Of a stretch of 50,568 bases of DNA, positions 35,403 to 45,397 are shown one piece after another. The notes under the pieces were generated by a model that worked only from the letters and a program-made list of their open reading frames with translations, had not been told where the DNA came from and did not search any database. The translations under genes were made by a program, and so were the position numbers. Origin of the DNA: Candidatus Dormiibacterota bacterium (GTDB lineage: Bacteria; Chloroflexota; Dormibacteria; Aeolococcales; Bog-877); NCBI GenBank assembly GCA_013044295.1, contig JABEUU010000175.1, positions 1 through 50,568 of the forward strand. The letters are read 5' to 3'. Position 1 is the stretch's first letter, and each line of letters begins with the position of its first letter.

Positions 35403-35680
35403 TGGTCGCCTCCTCCTGCGGGGGGCGGGTGGGGCTGGAGCCGGCATCCTCGGTCCAATCGCCGGCGGGCCCCTGGCGGCTCAAGCCGGTGCCGCCAGTC
35501 TATCGCACCCCCAGACAAGATCGGCGGATTCCCCGTCCCGGGAGGTGCCGGGCCGTCGCCGGCTGTGAACCCGATCTGGCCTCCCCAGCCAGCGCGGGCC
35601 GGCCCTGAGATCCGGGCGTGGTGGCTTCGCCCCGGCCCTTCGTTGGCGAAGCGGTCGGTGCAGTACCCTCTCAGACTCAG

Positions 35681-36895
35681 ATGACAACTTCCCAGAGCCA
35701 GTCCCGGGAGCCCACGCCAGCTGCCAGCCTTCTCCGGGGGGTTGTCGACTGTGTCGACCGGCGCCATCTGGAGGCGCGGCTCAACCGCGGGGAGGCGCTG
35801 CGGATCAAGTTCGGGGTCGACCCCAGCGCTCCCGACCTCCATCTTGGCCACACCGTGCCCATGCGGTTGCTACGCCGCTGGCAACTCAGCGGTCACCTGC
35901 CGGTGCTGATCATCGGCGACTACACAGCGAGGATTGGAGATCCGACTGGGAGGTCGGCGACCCGTCCTCAGCTGACGACTGAGGAGGTGGATGCCAACGC
36001 CACCACCTACCTGGATCAACTCTTCAGCATCCTAGACCGAGAGCGGGTGGAGGTCCGGCGCCAGAGCGAATGGTACGAGGGGTTCGGGCTGGATAGCATG
36101 CTCACCCTGGCCCGGACCGCGACTGTCGCCCAGCTCCTGCAGCGGTCCGATTTCGAGCAGCGGATGCGCCAGGAACAGGCGATCGGGGTCCATGAACTCT
36201 TCTATCCACTCCTCCAGGGTTACGACTCGGTCGCGGTCCAGGCCGACGTCGAGTTGGGTGGGACGGATCAGCTCTTCAACCTGCTCCGGGGCAGGGAGGT
36301 TCAGGCCGCCTATGGCCAACCGTTGCAGGACGTGGTCACCGTGCCGCTCCTGGTGGGTTTGGACGGCGAGCGCAAGATGAGCAAGTCGCTGGGCAACGCG
36401 GTGGCGGTGGCGGACTCGCCCCAGCAACAGTACGGGCAGCTGATGTCGATCCCAGACCAGCTCATCCTGCGCTACCTGGAGCTGCTCACGGATGCCGAGC
36501 CAGAGGAGCTCACCGAACTTGGACGCGGCTTGGAGGCGGGCACGGTCCATCCCCGGGCCCTGAAGGCGGAGATGGCGGTTCGGGTGGTTGGACAGTTCCA
36601 TGGCCAGGCGGCGGCGCTGGCGGCTGAGGCGGAGTTCCTGCGGGTGCATCGGGATAAGCAGCTTCCCGACCGAGTGGAGGAGGTCACGGTGGGTCCGGGC
36701 CCGATGGACGTCCGGGACCTCCTGGTGGCGGCTGGGATGTCACAGTCTCGGAGCGAAGCGGCCCGCTTGGTGAAGGGTCGTGGAGTTCGCCTCGATGAGG
36801 CGGTGCTGGAGGACTGGTCGGCGCTCGTGAGCTACCACGAATCCAGTGTTCTTAGAGTCGGGCCGCGCCGGGTGGTGCGGCTGCGGGTGGGCTGA
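35681..36895 (+). CDS. tyrS: Tyrosyl-tRNA synthetase
   Basis: HIGH motif (PDLHLGH), KMSKS, and a C-terminal S4-like domain (AARLVKGRGVRLDE). ATG 35681 was chosen; GTG 35618 is possible. Neither has a clear SD. Confidence 0.9.
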   Translation: MTTSQSQSREPTPAASLLRGVVDCVDRRHLEARLNRGEALRIKFGVDPSAPDLHLGHTVPMRLLRRWQLSGHLPVLIIGDYTARIGDPTGRSATRPQLTTEEVDANATTYLDQLFSILDRERVEVRRQSEWYEGFGLDSMLTLARTATVAQLLQRSDFEQRMRQEQAIGVHELFYPLLQGYDSVAVQADVELGGTDQLFNLLRGREVQAAYGQPLQDVVTVPLLVGLDGERKMSKSLGNAVAVADSPQQQYGQLMSIPDQLILRYLELLTDAEPEELTELGRGLEAGTVHPRALKAEMAVRVVGQFHGQAAALAAEAEFLRVHRDKQLPDRVEEVTVGPGPMDVRDLLVAAGMSQSRSEAARLVKGRGVRLDEAVLEDWSALVSYHESSVLRVGPRRVVRLRVG

Positions 36896-37028
36896 GGCCG
36901 CCATTCCCACAGGCGATGTCGTCTTGTGCGACTGCTAACCTTGGGTGACGGTGGCGTCGGATTAGCGCAGAATGTATGTTCTGACGTGGGAACCGTCTCC
37001 GGGCGGTGGTTTTCAGCGGAGGTAGGCC

Positions 37029-37772
37029 GTGTCTGGGCATTCCAAGTGGGCAGGGATAAAGCACAAGAAGGCGGTCGTGGACGCCCGCAAGGGCCAGACC
37101 TTCACCAAGGTGGCCAGCGAGATCACAGTGGCCGCCCGCGAGGCCGGTCCAGACCCCACTAGCAACTTTCGGCTCCGCCTGGCGATGCAGAAGGCTCGTG
37201 AGGTCAACATGCCGGCGGACAATATTGATCGAGCCATCAAGCGAGGCACCGGGGAGCTCCAGGGAGCCGCCATCGAGGAGGTCCGCTACGAGGGCTACGG
37301 CCCGGGCGGTGTGGCGGTGCTCGTGGATGCGCTCACGGACAACCGCAATCGCACCGTGGCCGGGATCCGCAACCTGTTCGCCCGCTCCGGCGGCAGTCTG
37401 GGGGAGGCCAACTCGGTGGGCTGGATGTTCAATCGCACGGGCCTGATCGCGGTCAACCCGGGCAAGGAGGACCCCGAGTCCCTGGCCCTGGTGGCAATCG
37501 AGCTGGGCGCGGACGATGTCCAGATTGAGGCCGGCGAGGTCGAGGCGTACGTGGCCCCGGAGAGACTGGAGGCGCTGCGTCAGGCGTTGACCGAGGCGGG
37601 CCACCAGGTGGACCGTGCCGAGGTGACCATGCAGCCCACCAACACCGTCGAGGTTGACGACAAGCACGCGGCCGCGGTGGTCCGCCTGCTCGAGGCTCTT
37701 GAGGAAGATGACGACGTGAGTGAGGTCCACTGCAACGCGGTGTTCCCCGACGACGTGCTGGCAGAGGTCTGA
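37029..37772 (+). CDS. yebC: YebC/PmpR-family transcriptional regulator
   Basis: GGAGG lies 6 nt upstream of the GTG. MSGHSKWAGIKHKKAVVDARKG is the invariant family N-terminus, and the gene precedes ruvCAB. Confidence 0.93.
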   Translation: MSGHSKWAGIKHKKAVVDARKGQTFTKVASEITVAAREAGPDPTSNFRLRLAMQKAREVNMPADNIDRAIKRGTGELQGAAIEEVRYEGYGPGGVAVLVDALTDNRNRTVAGIRNLFARSGGSLGEANSVGWMFNRTGLIAVNPGKEDPESLALVAIELGADDVQIEAGEVEAYVAPERLEALRQALTEAGHQVDRAEVTMQPTNTVEVDDKHAAAVVRLLEALEEDDDVSEVHCNAVFPDDVLAEV

Positions 37773-37814
37773 GCGGCTCGTGCGCCCATCTCGCGGTAGT
37801 AGTGAGGAGATCGC

Positions 37815-38315
37815 TTGCTGGTCCTGGGGCTGGATCCCGGCCTGGCTCTGACCGGCTGGGCGTTGGTGGAAGGCGAGCGGGGTTGCCTGCGCCTGCGTGA
37901 CGCAGGCTGCTGGCGAACCCCGGCGGGAGCCCAGCAGGGACGTCGGCTGCTGATGCTTTGGGAGAGTCTGGGCTCCCTGCTGGCGGCAGCCTCGCCGGAG
38001 ACGGTCGCCATCGAGCGGCTCTTTTTCAGTCGCAACACCACCACCGCGATGGCGGTCAGCCAGGCCCGCGGGGTCCTGGTCTGCGGCATCGCCAAGGCGG
38101 GGATCGAGATCGCCGAATACACCCCTGCAGAAGTGAAGCAGGCGGTCACCGGCAGCGGATCCGCGGACAAGCGCCAGGTGGCGCGGATGGTCCAGATGAT
38201 CCTCCGGGACCGGATCCCAGAGGGCCCGGACGACCTCACCGACGCCTGTGCCGTGGGAATCTGCCACCAGCACGCGGTCGGGCTTCGGAGGGCGGTGGCC
38301 GGGGCCTCCCGTTGA
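37815..38315 (+). CDS. ruvC: Crossover junction endodeoxyribonuclease RuvC
   Basis: LVLGLDPGLALTGWALVE, AIERLFF, EYTPAEVKQAVTGSGSADK and DACAVGICH are present. Confidence 0.92.
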   Translation: MLVLGLDPGLALTGWALVEGERGCLRLRDAGCWRTPAGAQQGRRLLMLWESLGSLLAAASPETVAIERLFFSRNTTTAMAVSQARGVLVCGIAKAGIEIAEYTPAEVKQAVTGSGSADKRQVARMVQMILRDRIPEGPDDLTDACAVGICHQHAVGLRRAVAGASR

Positions 38316-38953
38316 TCGCCTCCCTGAGGGGCCGCGTGCTCCGGGTGGAGGAGGAGTGGGCGGTGATCGACGTGGCCGGGGTGGGCTATCAGGTCTTCGT
38401 CCACGCCCGGACGGCCGCTGCCTTGCAGGGTGAGCGCCAGGAAGTCTCCCTCCATGTGCACACCGTGGTCCGGGAGGATGCCATATCCCTGTACGGGTTC
38501 GTCAACGCTGAGGAGCTGGCCTGTTTCCGCTACCTGCTGGGGGTGGAGCGGATCGGGCCCAAGGCGGCCCTGGCCATCCTCTCCAGGTCCGAGTGGCAGG
38601 TGCTGGTGGAGGCGATCGTGGCCGAGAACTACGATTTGCTGGCGGCGGTGCCAGGCATCGGCGCCAAGACGGCCCGGCGGATCGTGCTCGAGCTCAAGGG
38701 GCGGGTCGACGGCCTGGCGGAGCCTGGTTGGGCGTCCGTGTCACTGCCCTCAACAGGGATCGGCGAGCGCGCGGTGGAGGCGCTCACCGCGCTCGGGTTC
38801 TCCCCGAGCGACGCCCGCCGGGCGGTGGCTCTGGAACTCGCGGGACCGGGCACCACGGCCGCGGACCCAGAAGGTGGGCGGACCATCGAGGCAGTGGTCA
38901 CCGGCTCGCTGCGCAGGCTTGGTCCGAACGCCAGGGGTGTTGGCGGTGCTTGA
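38312..38953 (+). CDS. ruvA: Holliday junction DNA helicase subunit RuvA
   Basis: TTG 38312 overlaps the ruvC stop (TTGA). The N-terminus LIASLRGRVL...VIDVAGVGYQV and the HhH motif VPGIGAKTARRIVLELK are present. Confidence 0.92.
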   Translation: MIASLRGRVLRVEEEWAVIDVAGVGYQVFVHARTAAALQGERQEVSLHVHTVVREDAISLYGFVNAEELACFRYLLGVERIGPKAALAILSRSEWQVLVEAIVAENYDLLAAVPGIGAKTARRIVLELKGRVDGLAEPGWASVSLPSTGIGERAVEALTALGFSPSDARRAVALELAGPGTTAADPEGGRTIEAVVTGSLRRLGPNARGVGGA

Positions 38954-39998
38954 CTCCGATCAGGTGCTGACTGCGGTTGCGGATGAGCCCGACGTCGATC
39001 GCCAGCTGCGTCCGCACCGGCTTGGGGAGTTCGTCGGTCAGGAGCAGGTCAAGGAGCAGCTTGAGATCCTGGTGCAGGCTTCTCGCATCCGCTCGGAACC
39101 AGTCGAGCACGTGCTGCTCTGTGGCCCTCCCGGGCTCGGCAAGACCACCTTGGCCAACATCGTGGCGGCCGAGAGAGGGGTGAACTTGCGAGTTACCAGC
39201 GGCCCCGCCATCGAGTTCCAGGGCGCCCTGGCCAGCCTTCTCACCAGCCTTGGCGACGGCGACATCCTCTTCATTGATGAGGTCCATCGGCTGCAGCGCG
39301 CGGTCGAGGAGAGCCTGTACCCGGCCATGGAGGAATTCGCCTTCGACTTCGTCTCCGGCAAGGGGGCCGGGGCTCAGACCATCCGGCTGGCTCTGCAGCG
39401 ATTTACCGTGATTGGAGCCACCACCAGGGAGGGGATGCTCTCGGCACCGCTGCGGGACCGCTTCGGCGCCATCTTCCGGCTCGACTTCTACCAGCACCAC
39501 GAACTTCGCCAGATCGTCGATCGTTCCGCTCGCCTGCTGGCGGTCGACGCCGAGGATGCCGCCCTGGACCTGATCTCCACGCGCTCCCGAGGGACGCCCC
39601 GGGTGGCCAACCGACTGCTGCGCCGGGTCAGGGACTATTCCCAGGTGCGGGGCGACGGTGCGGTCACGGTTCGGATGACCCAGGAGGCCCTCGACCTTCT
39701 CAAGGTGGACGAGATCGGTCTGGTGGAGTCGGACCGGCGCCTGCTGAGGCTCGTCTGCCAGCAGTTCCGAGGCGGCCCGGTCGGCCTCAGCACCTTGGGA
39801 GCCGCCCTGTCGGAGGAGCCCCAGACAATTGAGGAGGTCATCGAGCCGTACCTGCTGCAGTTGGGGATGTTGAAGCGGACTCCCCGGGGGCGGATGGCGA
39901 CGGAAGGGGCCTACCGCCACCTTCGTTTGGAGGTGCCGCAGGAGTTGGCTGGCAGTCCCTCCGAGGAGCAGGGCCCACTCTTTGCGAACGAGTCCTGA
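38937..39998 (+). CDS. ruvB: Holliday junction DNA helicase RuvB
   Basis: GTG 38937 overlaps the ruvA end. LRPHRLGEFVGQEQVKE, Walker A GPPGLGKTTLA, FIDEVHRL and RGTPRVANRLLRRVRD are present. Confidence 0.94.
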   Translation: MLAVLDSDQVLTAVADEPDVDRQLRPHRLGEFVGQEQVKEQLEILVQASRIRSEPVEHVLLCGPPGLGKTTLANIVAAERGVNLRVTSGPAIEFQGALASLLTSLGDGDILFIDEVHRLQRAVEESLYPAMEEFAFDFVSGKGAGAQTIRLALQRFTVIGATTREGMLSAPLRDRFGAIFRLDFYQHHELRQIVDRSARLLAVDAEDAALDLISTRSRGTPRVANRLLRRVRDYSQVRGDGAVTVRMTQEALDLLKVDEIGLVESDRRLLRLVCQQFRGGPVGLSTLGAALSEEPQTIEEVIEPYLLQLGMLKRTPRGRMATEGAYRHLRLEVPQELAGSPSEEQGPLFANES

Positions 39999-41028
39999 GC
40001 TGAGCGCGACCCCGACCGACCTGTTCGACTACCGGTTGCCGCCGGGGGCCATCGCGCAGCAGCCGCTCGCGGATCGCTCCTCCAGCCGGATGCTGGTTCT
40101 GGGCGACGGTGGCGACCCGGTGGACGACCGGGTCCGGGGGCTTCCAGCGCTGCTTCGCCCCGGAGACTGCGTGGTGGTGAATGACACCAGGGTGCGGGCC
40201 GCCCGCTTGCGGGGTCGGGCCGGCGGCCGCGCGGCCGAGATCCTGCTGGTGTCGGAGCTCGGCCCGGGACGCCACCTGGCCTTGGTCCGACCAGCCCGTC
40301 GGCTCCAGCTCGGGGACACGGTCACCGGTCCCGGTTGGCGAGCTCAGCTGGTCGCCCCCTGGCCGGCGCACCCAGGGGGTCGGGTGGTGGTGGTTGAGGC
40401 TGAGCCGGGCATCGACCTCAATGCGGTCGGCGAGCTGCCGCTGCCCCCCTACATTCGCCAACCCCTGGCGGATCCCGAGCGCTATCAGACGGTCTACTCC
40501 GCCGGTCCCCCGCTCTCGGCGGCGGCGCCCACCGCTGGCCTGCACCTCACCCGGGCTCTCTTGGCCGAGCTGGACAGCCGTGAGATTGGGATCTGCAGCG
40601 TCCGGCTGGAGGTTGGCCTGGCCACGTTCTCGCCGATCCGAGAGGTTTCGATCGAGGCCCATCAGATGCATCGGGAGCGATTTCGGATCGGTCCTGAGGC
40701 CGCCGCCCAGATCGTGCGGGCTCGGGCTCGGGGAGGTAGGGTGGTCGCGGTGGGTACCACCGTGGTGCGCTGTCTGGAGTCCTGTCCCGACGGGCGAGGG
40801 GGGGTTTTGGCCCAAGCCGGAGAGACCGAGCTGTACCTGCGACCGGGCAGCAGGTTCCAGGTGGTGGATGGCCTGCTCACCAACTTCCATCAGCCGCGCT
40901 CGTCACTGCTGGTATTGGTGTCGGCGTTCTTCGGGGGGGCGCGGGTACGGGCTGCCTACGCCCATGCGCTGGCCCGGGGCTACCGGTTCCTCAGCTTCGG
41001 GGACTGCATGTTTGGCTGGGCGGCTTGA
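39982..41028 (+). CDS. queA: S-adenosylmethionine:tRNA ribosyltransferase-isomerase
   Basis: FDYRLPPGAIAQQP...SRMLVL, AAPTAGLHLT and TNFHQPRSSLLVLVSAF are present. The exact start (TTG 39982) is uncertain. Confidence 0.9.
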   Translation: MRTSPELSATPTDLFDYRLPPGAIAQQPLADRSSSRMLVLGDGGDPVDDRVRGLPALLRPGDCVVVNDTRVRAARLRGRAGGRAAEILLVSELGPGRHLALVRPARRLQLGDTVTGPGWRAQLVAPWPAHPGGRVVVVEAEPGIDLNAVGELPLPPYIRQPLADPERYQTVYSAGPPLSAAAPTAGLHLTRALLAELDSREIGICSVRLEVGLATFSPIREVSIEAHQMHRERFRIGPEAAAQIVRARARGGRVVAVGTTVVRCLESCPDGRGGVLAQAGETELYLRPGSRFQVVDGLLTNFHQPRSSLLVLVSAFFGGARVRAAYAHALARGYRFLSFGDCMFGWAA

Positions 41029-42191
41029 GCCTGCCATCACCTCGGTTCCGGATTCTGGCGCGGGCCGGGGCGGCCCGGAGGGGCGTCCTCGAGACCGCCC
41101 ACGGCCAGGTGCAGACACCTGCGTTCATGCCGGTGGGCACCCATGGGTCAGTCAAGGCATGCCACCCCGACGAGGTCGCTCGGGCCGGGGCCGACATGCT
41201 GCTGGCCAACTTCTACCACCTGGCGCTCAGGCCCGGAGTCGACCTGATCGAGCAGTTGGGGGGCCTCCACAAGTTCATGGGCTGGTCGGGGTCGATCCTG
41301 ACCGACAGTGGCGGCTACCAGATGGTCAGCCTCGACCACCTGGTGGAATTTGACGACGATGGGGTCACCCTCAGGTCGCCCTATGACGGCAGCCAGGTCC
41401 GCTTGACTCCGGAGCAGGTGGTGTCCGGTGAGGTCCGGCTCGGGGTTGACGTGGCCATGGTGCTGGACCACCCGGTCGCCTTCGGCTCCAGCCGGGAGCT
41501 GGCTCAGGCGGCCACCCGACGAACCCATCTGTGGGCGGAGCGAAGCCGCCAGGTGGACGCCGGGTCCAGCTTGGTGTTCGGGATCGTCCAGGGAGGCTTC
41601 GAAGTCGAGCAGCGCCGTGAGTCCGCCCTCAGGATTGGGGAGCTCGGCTTTGACGGCGTGGCCATAGGGGGTTTGGTCTTGGGTGAGCCGGCCCCGGTTC
41701 GCTTCGCCGCCATCGAAGCCTGCATTGACTGTCTTCCCGCCGAGGTCCCCCGTTACCTCATGGGGTTGGGATCCGATCTGGAACTGCTGACCGCCATCTC
41801 CCAGGGAGTGGACATGTTCGACTGCGTGCTACCGACCCGGCTCGCGCGCACCGGCACCGCGCTGACCCGCAGCGGGCGTCTGGCCTTGCGCCGGGGCCAG
41901 TATCGGACCGATCCCCTGCCGCTCGAGCCGGGCTGCGAGTGCCCCGCCTGCGGGCGATTCTCACGCGCCTATCTGAGGCACCTGCACCTGGCTGGCGAGA
42001 TCCTGGCTCACCACCTGATGAGCCTCCACAACCTCCACCATCTGGGGACCATGATGGCGGAGGCGCGGGCCGCGATCGTGGCGGGTGAACTGACGTCGAT
42101 GATCGGGGATCGCGTCCGCGGGCTGACCGCAGGATCCCAGGATCCAGCTGCCGCAGCCTCGTTTCCCAGCCCGGGGCGCCCGGTCCCCTAA
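41025..42191 (+). CDS. tgt: tRNA-guanine transglycosylase
   Basis: TTGA overlap with queA. TPAFMPVGTHGSVK, TDSGGYQ, the zinc site CECPAC...H, and FDCVLPTR are present. Confidence 0.94.
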   Translation: MSLPSPRFRILARAGAARRGVLETAHGQVQTPAFMPVGTHGSVKACHPDEVARAGADMLLANFYHLALRPGVDLIEQLGGLHKFMGWSGSILTDSGGYQMVSLDHLVEFDDDGVTLRSPYDGSQVRLTPEQVVSGEVRLGVDVAMVLDHPVAFGSSRELAQAATRRTHLWAERSRQVDAGSSLVFGIVQGGFEVEQRRESALRIGELGFDGVAIGGLVLGEPAPVRFAAIEACIDCLPAEVPRYLMGLGSDLELLTAISQGVDMFDCVLPTRLARTGTALTRSGRLALRRGQYRTDPLPLEPGCECPACGRFSRAYLRHLHLAGEILAHHLMSLHNLHHLGTMMAEARAAIVAGELTSMIGDRVRGLTAGSQDPAAAASFPSPGRPVP

Positions 42192-42241
42192 AATCAGGAC
42201 TCCTCAATGCCATATGCCTCAATTCGCCTCACCCCCGGCAG

Positions 42242-44806
42242 ATGATCAGGATTAACCGCTGGTGGCTGGTCACCGTGGTGGTGCTGGTGCTGGCTGCGAT
42301 CGTGGTGGACGGCTACAACCAGATCTACAACGTGGCCGTCCGGCACACCAGCCCGACCGCCAGCTATCCCAACAACAGCCATCCCAGCCTGCTCGGGACG
42401 CAGCCCTACATCCACAAGGGGCTGGACCTTCAGGGCGGGACGTCGCTCACCCTCGCCATCTGTCAGGGCCCGAACAATCCGGTGGGAATAGGCTGTCGCA
42501 CCGGCCTGCCCAAGGGCAAAACCATGAGCGAGGCGCAGGCAGCGACCCTGACCATCATCTCGCGGCGGGTCAACGCCCTGGGTGTGGCCGATACCCAGGT
42601 GCAGGCCCAGGGCAGCAATGAGATCCTGGTCCAGCTGCCAGGAGTGGGGATCAGCCAGGCACTGGCGACCCTGGGTAAGACCTCGCAGCTGCACTTCGCG
42701 GTGGCCGTTGCCGGCAAGCCCACCGTGAACGGGTCCCCTGGTACGTGCACAACTCAGACCTGTATCGACCAGAACCAGCTGGTGCCCAGCGACTGCTTCC
42801 CGGCCGGTCACGCCAAGTCCACCTGCCAGTTCAACAACCCGGCCTTCTATCCGGTGTCGAGCACCGGGGTCGCCTACCACTGGAAGATCATCCAGAACCT
42901 GCCCTCGTCGGACGTGGCCAGCTCCTCGGTGGGATCGAACCCCGGCGGCGGGTACGCCGTCGACCTGAACTTCAACAGCCAGGGGGCCGCGGTCTGGAGC
43001 CGGGTGACCACCAAGGCCTGTGAGCAGAACCCCGGCTGCAGCACCTCGGGCTCGGGCGGCTCCAGCGTCAACGCCCCGCCCTCGGCGCAGGTGGCGATCT
43101 TCCTGGACAACCAGGTCCTGACCGCGCCGGTGGTCGACGGGCCCAGCAGCAACCAGACTCAGATCACCGGCAACTTCACCTTCAACTCGGCCCAGCAGCT
43201 GGTCGATGCCATCAACGCCGGCTCTCTGCCGGCTCAGATCGGGGTCCTGCAGTCGACCACTGTCTCCGCCACGCTGGGCCAGCAGTCGGTCTCCCAGAGC
43301 GTCAAGGCGGGTGCCCTGGGTCTGGCCCTGGTGATCCTGTTCATGTTGATCTATTACCGCTTCCCAGGTCTGGTCGCGAGCATCGCCCTGGTCTGCTACG
43401 CCCTCATCGTGCTCGCCATCTATGAACTGATCCCGGTGGTGATCACCCTGCCGGGGCTGGCGGGATTCATCCTCAGCGTGGGCATGGCGGTCGACGCCAA
43501 CGTGCTCATATTCGAAAGAACCAAGGAGGAACTGCGCCAGGGACGCCCTCTCGAGCTGGCGGTCGAGTACGGCTTCCGGCGAGCCTGGCCGGCCATCCGC
43601 GACTCCAACATTGCCACCATGATCACCTGCACCGTCCTCTTCTTCTTCGGTGCCTCGGACGTGCAGGGCTTTGCCCTCACCCTCTTCATCGGGGTGGCCG
43701 TGAGCATGTTCTCCGCGATCGTGATCACCCACTCCCTGCTTCACTACGTGCAGCGCTGGTTCGCCTTCGCCAAGCGACCCACCCTCTACACCCGGATCCT
43801 GCCCGCCGACCGGCTCGCCAGTCAGTTCAGGAGCGGTAGTCGCTTCGACGTGGTGAGCCACCGCAACTGGTACTTCGCCGCCTCGCTGATCGTGATCGTG
43901 CCCGGGATCATCACCATCCTGGTGGCCGGCTTCAATCTCGGGATCGACTTCACCGGCGGGGACACCCTCTCGGTCCAGCTCCGCCAGCCGACAACCGTCG
44001 CCGCCGTCCAGCGGGTGGTCAGCGACACCTACCGGCCCAGTCATCCCCAGGTTCTGGCCGAGGCCAACCACTACTACAGCGTGACCACCCAGCCGATCCC
44101 GGCGTCGGAGTTGAGCAGCATCAACCAGGCGCTCGACCAGCACTTCGGGATCACCAAGAACAAGGCCGGCAGCCTGAACCTGAACGAGAGCACGGTGGGT
44201 CCGACCATCGCCAGCGGCCTGGTGGTCAGCTCCGTGTTCCTGGTGATAATCTCGGCCGCCCTGATCTCCGCCTACCTCGGCTTCCGCTTCTCCAAGACGG
44301 TCATCGCCGCGCGCCGTTTCGCCCTCACCGCGATGGCGGCGCTGCTCCACGACGTTTTCGTGCTGGTGGGGTTGTGGGCCATCCTGGGCCACTTCAGCCA
44401 ATTGGGGTCGGTCGATACTCTGTTCGTGGCGGCGGCGCTGACGGTGGTGGCCTTCTCGGTGCATGACACCATCGTGGTGTTCGACCGGATCCGGGAGAAC
44501 CTACGGATCCAGGGCCCCCGGATGTCGTTCGACCAGGTTGCCAACCTCTCCATCGCCCAGACCATGACCAGGTCGCTGAACACGTCCTTGACGGTGATCT
44601 TCGTGTTGCTCACGCTGGTGCTGATGGGGGGCGCCTCGATTCAGGGCTTCGTGCTGGCGCTCCTGATCGGGATCGCGTCGGGTACCTACTCCTCGATCTT
44701 CAACGCCGCCACCTTGCTGACGGCCTGGCGGCAGCTGGACCGGCGCGCCTCGTTGCGCCGGAGCGGGGGGGCCCCGGCGGCCGCGATCGCGGCCACTCGC
44801 AACTGA
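42242..44806 (+). CDS. secDF: Fused protein-export membrane protein SecDF with enlarged Cys-rich first periplasmic domain
   Basis: SecD motif GLDLQGGTSL, two RND-like 6-TM bundles (LSVGMAVDANVLIFER...; ...VHDTIVVFDRIRE), all in a single ORF. Confidence 0.92.
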   Translation: MIRINRWWLVTVVVLVLAAIVVDGYNQIYNVAVRHTSPTASYPNNSHPSLLGTQPYIHKGLDLQGGTSLTLAICQGPNNPVGIGCRTGLPKGKTMSEAQAATLTIISRRVNALGVADTQVQAQGSNEILVQLPGVGISQALATLGKTSQLHFAVAVAGKPTVNGSPGTCTTQTCIDQNQLVPSDCFPAGHAKSTCQFNNPAFYPVSSTGVAYHWKIIQNLPSSDVASSSVGSNPGGGYAVDLNFNSQGAAVWSRVTTKACEQNPGCSTSGSGGSSVNAPPSAQVAIFLDNQVLTAPVVDGPSSNQTQITGNFTFNSAQQLVDAINAGSLPAQIGVLQSTTVSATLGQQSVSQSVKAGALGLALVILFMLIYYRFPGLVASIALVCYALIVLAIYELIPVVITLPGLAGFILSVGMAVDANVLIFERTKEELRQGRPLELAVEYGFRRAWPAIRDSNIATMITCTVLFFFGASDVQGFALTLFIGVAVSMFSAIVITHSLLHYVQRWFAFAKRPTLYTRILPADRLASQFRSGSRFDVVSHRNWYFAASLIVIVPGIITILVAGFNLGIDFTGGDTLSVQLRQPTTVAAVQRVVSDTYRPSHPQVLAEANHYYSVTTQPIPASELSSINQALDQHFGITKNKAGSLNLNESTVGPTIASGLVVSSVFLVIISAALISAYLGFRFSKTVIAARRFALTAMAALLHDVFVLVGLWAILGHFSQLGSVDTLFVAAALTVVAFSVHDTIVVFDRIRENLRIQGPRMSFDQVANLSIAQTMTRSLNTSLTVIFVLLTLVLMGGASIQGFVLALLIGIASGTYSSIFNAATLLTAWRQLDRRASLRRSGGAPAAAIAATRN

Positions 44807-44917
44807 TCGCGGCTCTCGAGCGGCCCGTAGAATCAGCTCCTGGAGGTGGCCAGCCGGCTTCGCTCGGGCGAGGTTGTGGCCGTCGCGAAGCGAACGTCAT
44901 GGGCGGGCCGACAGACA

Positions 44918-45397
44918 ATGCCTGAGAGCGCCCCGGAGCAGGTGGTGCAACGGATGGTGGAGCCGATCCTGGCCAGGCTGGGATTCTCATTGCTCCAGGT
45001 GAGCTGGCATCCCGGCCGCCGGGGTTCTGTTCTCCGCCTCACAGTGGACCGGCCGGGAGGGGTGACCATCGACGACTGCGGAACTGCGAGCGAGGCGGTC
45101 TCGGAGGTCCTCGACCGCCACGAGGACTTGCTGCCGGGCGCCTACTCGCTGGAGGTGTCGTCCCCGGGCGCCGAACGTGAGCTGCTCTCCGAGGCGGAAT
45201 ACCTGGCCGCCCTCGGCCACCGGGTCCGCCTGACCCTGGAGCAGGGTGATACCCACACTGTGCTGGAGGGGCGGCTCACAGCGGTCGGGCGCGAGGACCT
45301 TCAGCTGGAGATCCGACGCCACCGCGGCGGGCGGTTGGTACCGGTGCTGGTGCTGCGCCATGAGGTGGTCGCGGCCCAGGTGGTGGTGGATCTGTGA
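44918..45397 (+). CDS. rimP: Ribosome maturation factor RimP
   Basis: EPILARLGFSLLQVSW...LRLTVDRPGGVTIDDCGTASEAVSEVLD, in the position before nusA. ATG 44918 gives a typical ~159 aa; GTG 44846 is an alternative. Confidence 0.85.
   Translation: MPESAPEQVVQRMVEPILARLGFSLLQVSWHPGRRGSVLRLTVDRPGGVTIDDCGTASEAVSEVLDRHEDLLPGAYSLEVSSPGAERELLSEAEYLAALGHRVRLTLEQGDTHTVLEGRLTAVGREDLQLEIRRHRGGRLVPVLVLRHEVVAAQVVVDL

Noticed and set aside
35448-35680. Possible T-box leader upstream of tyrS. The evidence is GGGCGUGGUGGCUUCGCC resembling the T-box GGGUGGUACCGCG, plus a CTTCGCC/GGCGAAG hairpin at about 35621-35653.
   Set aside because: No recognisable Stem I features are present: no K-turn, no specifier loop with a UAC/UAU codon followed by a purine, and no AG bay or distal loop. 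There is no U-tract terminator or clear SD-sequestering helix. An Rfam scan would be needed to revive this idea.
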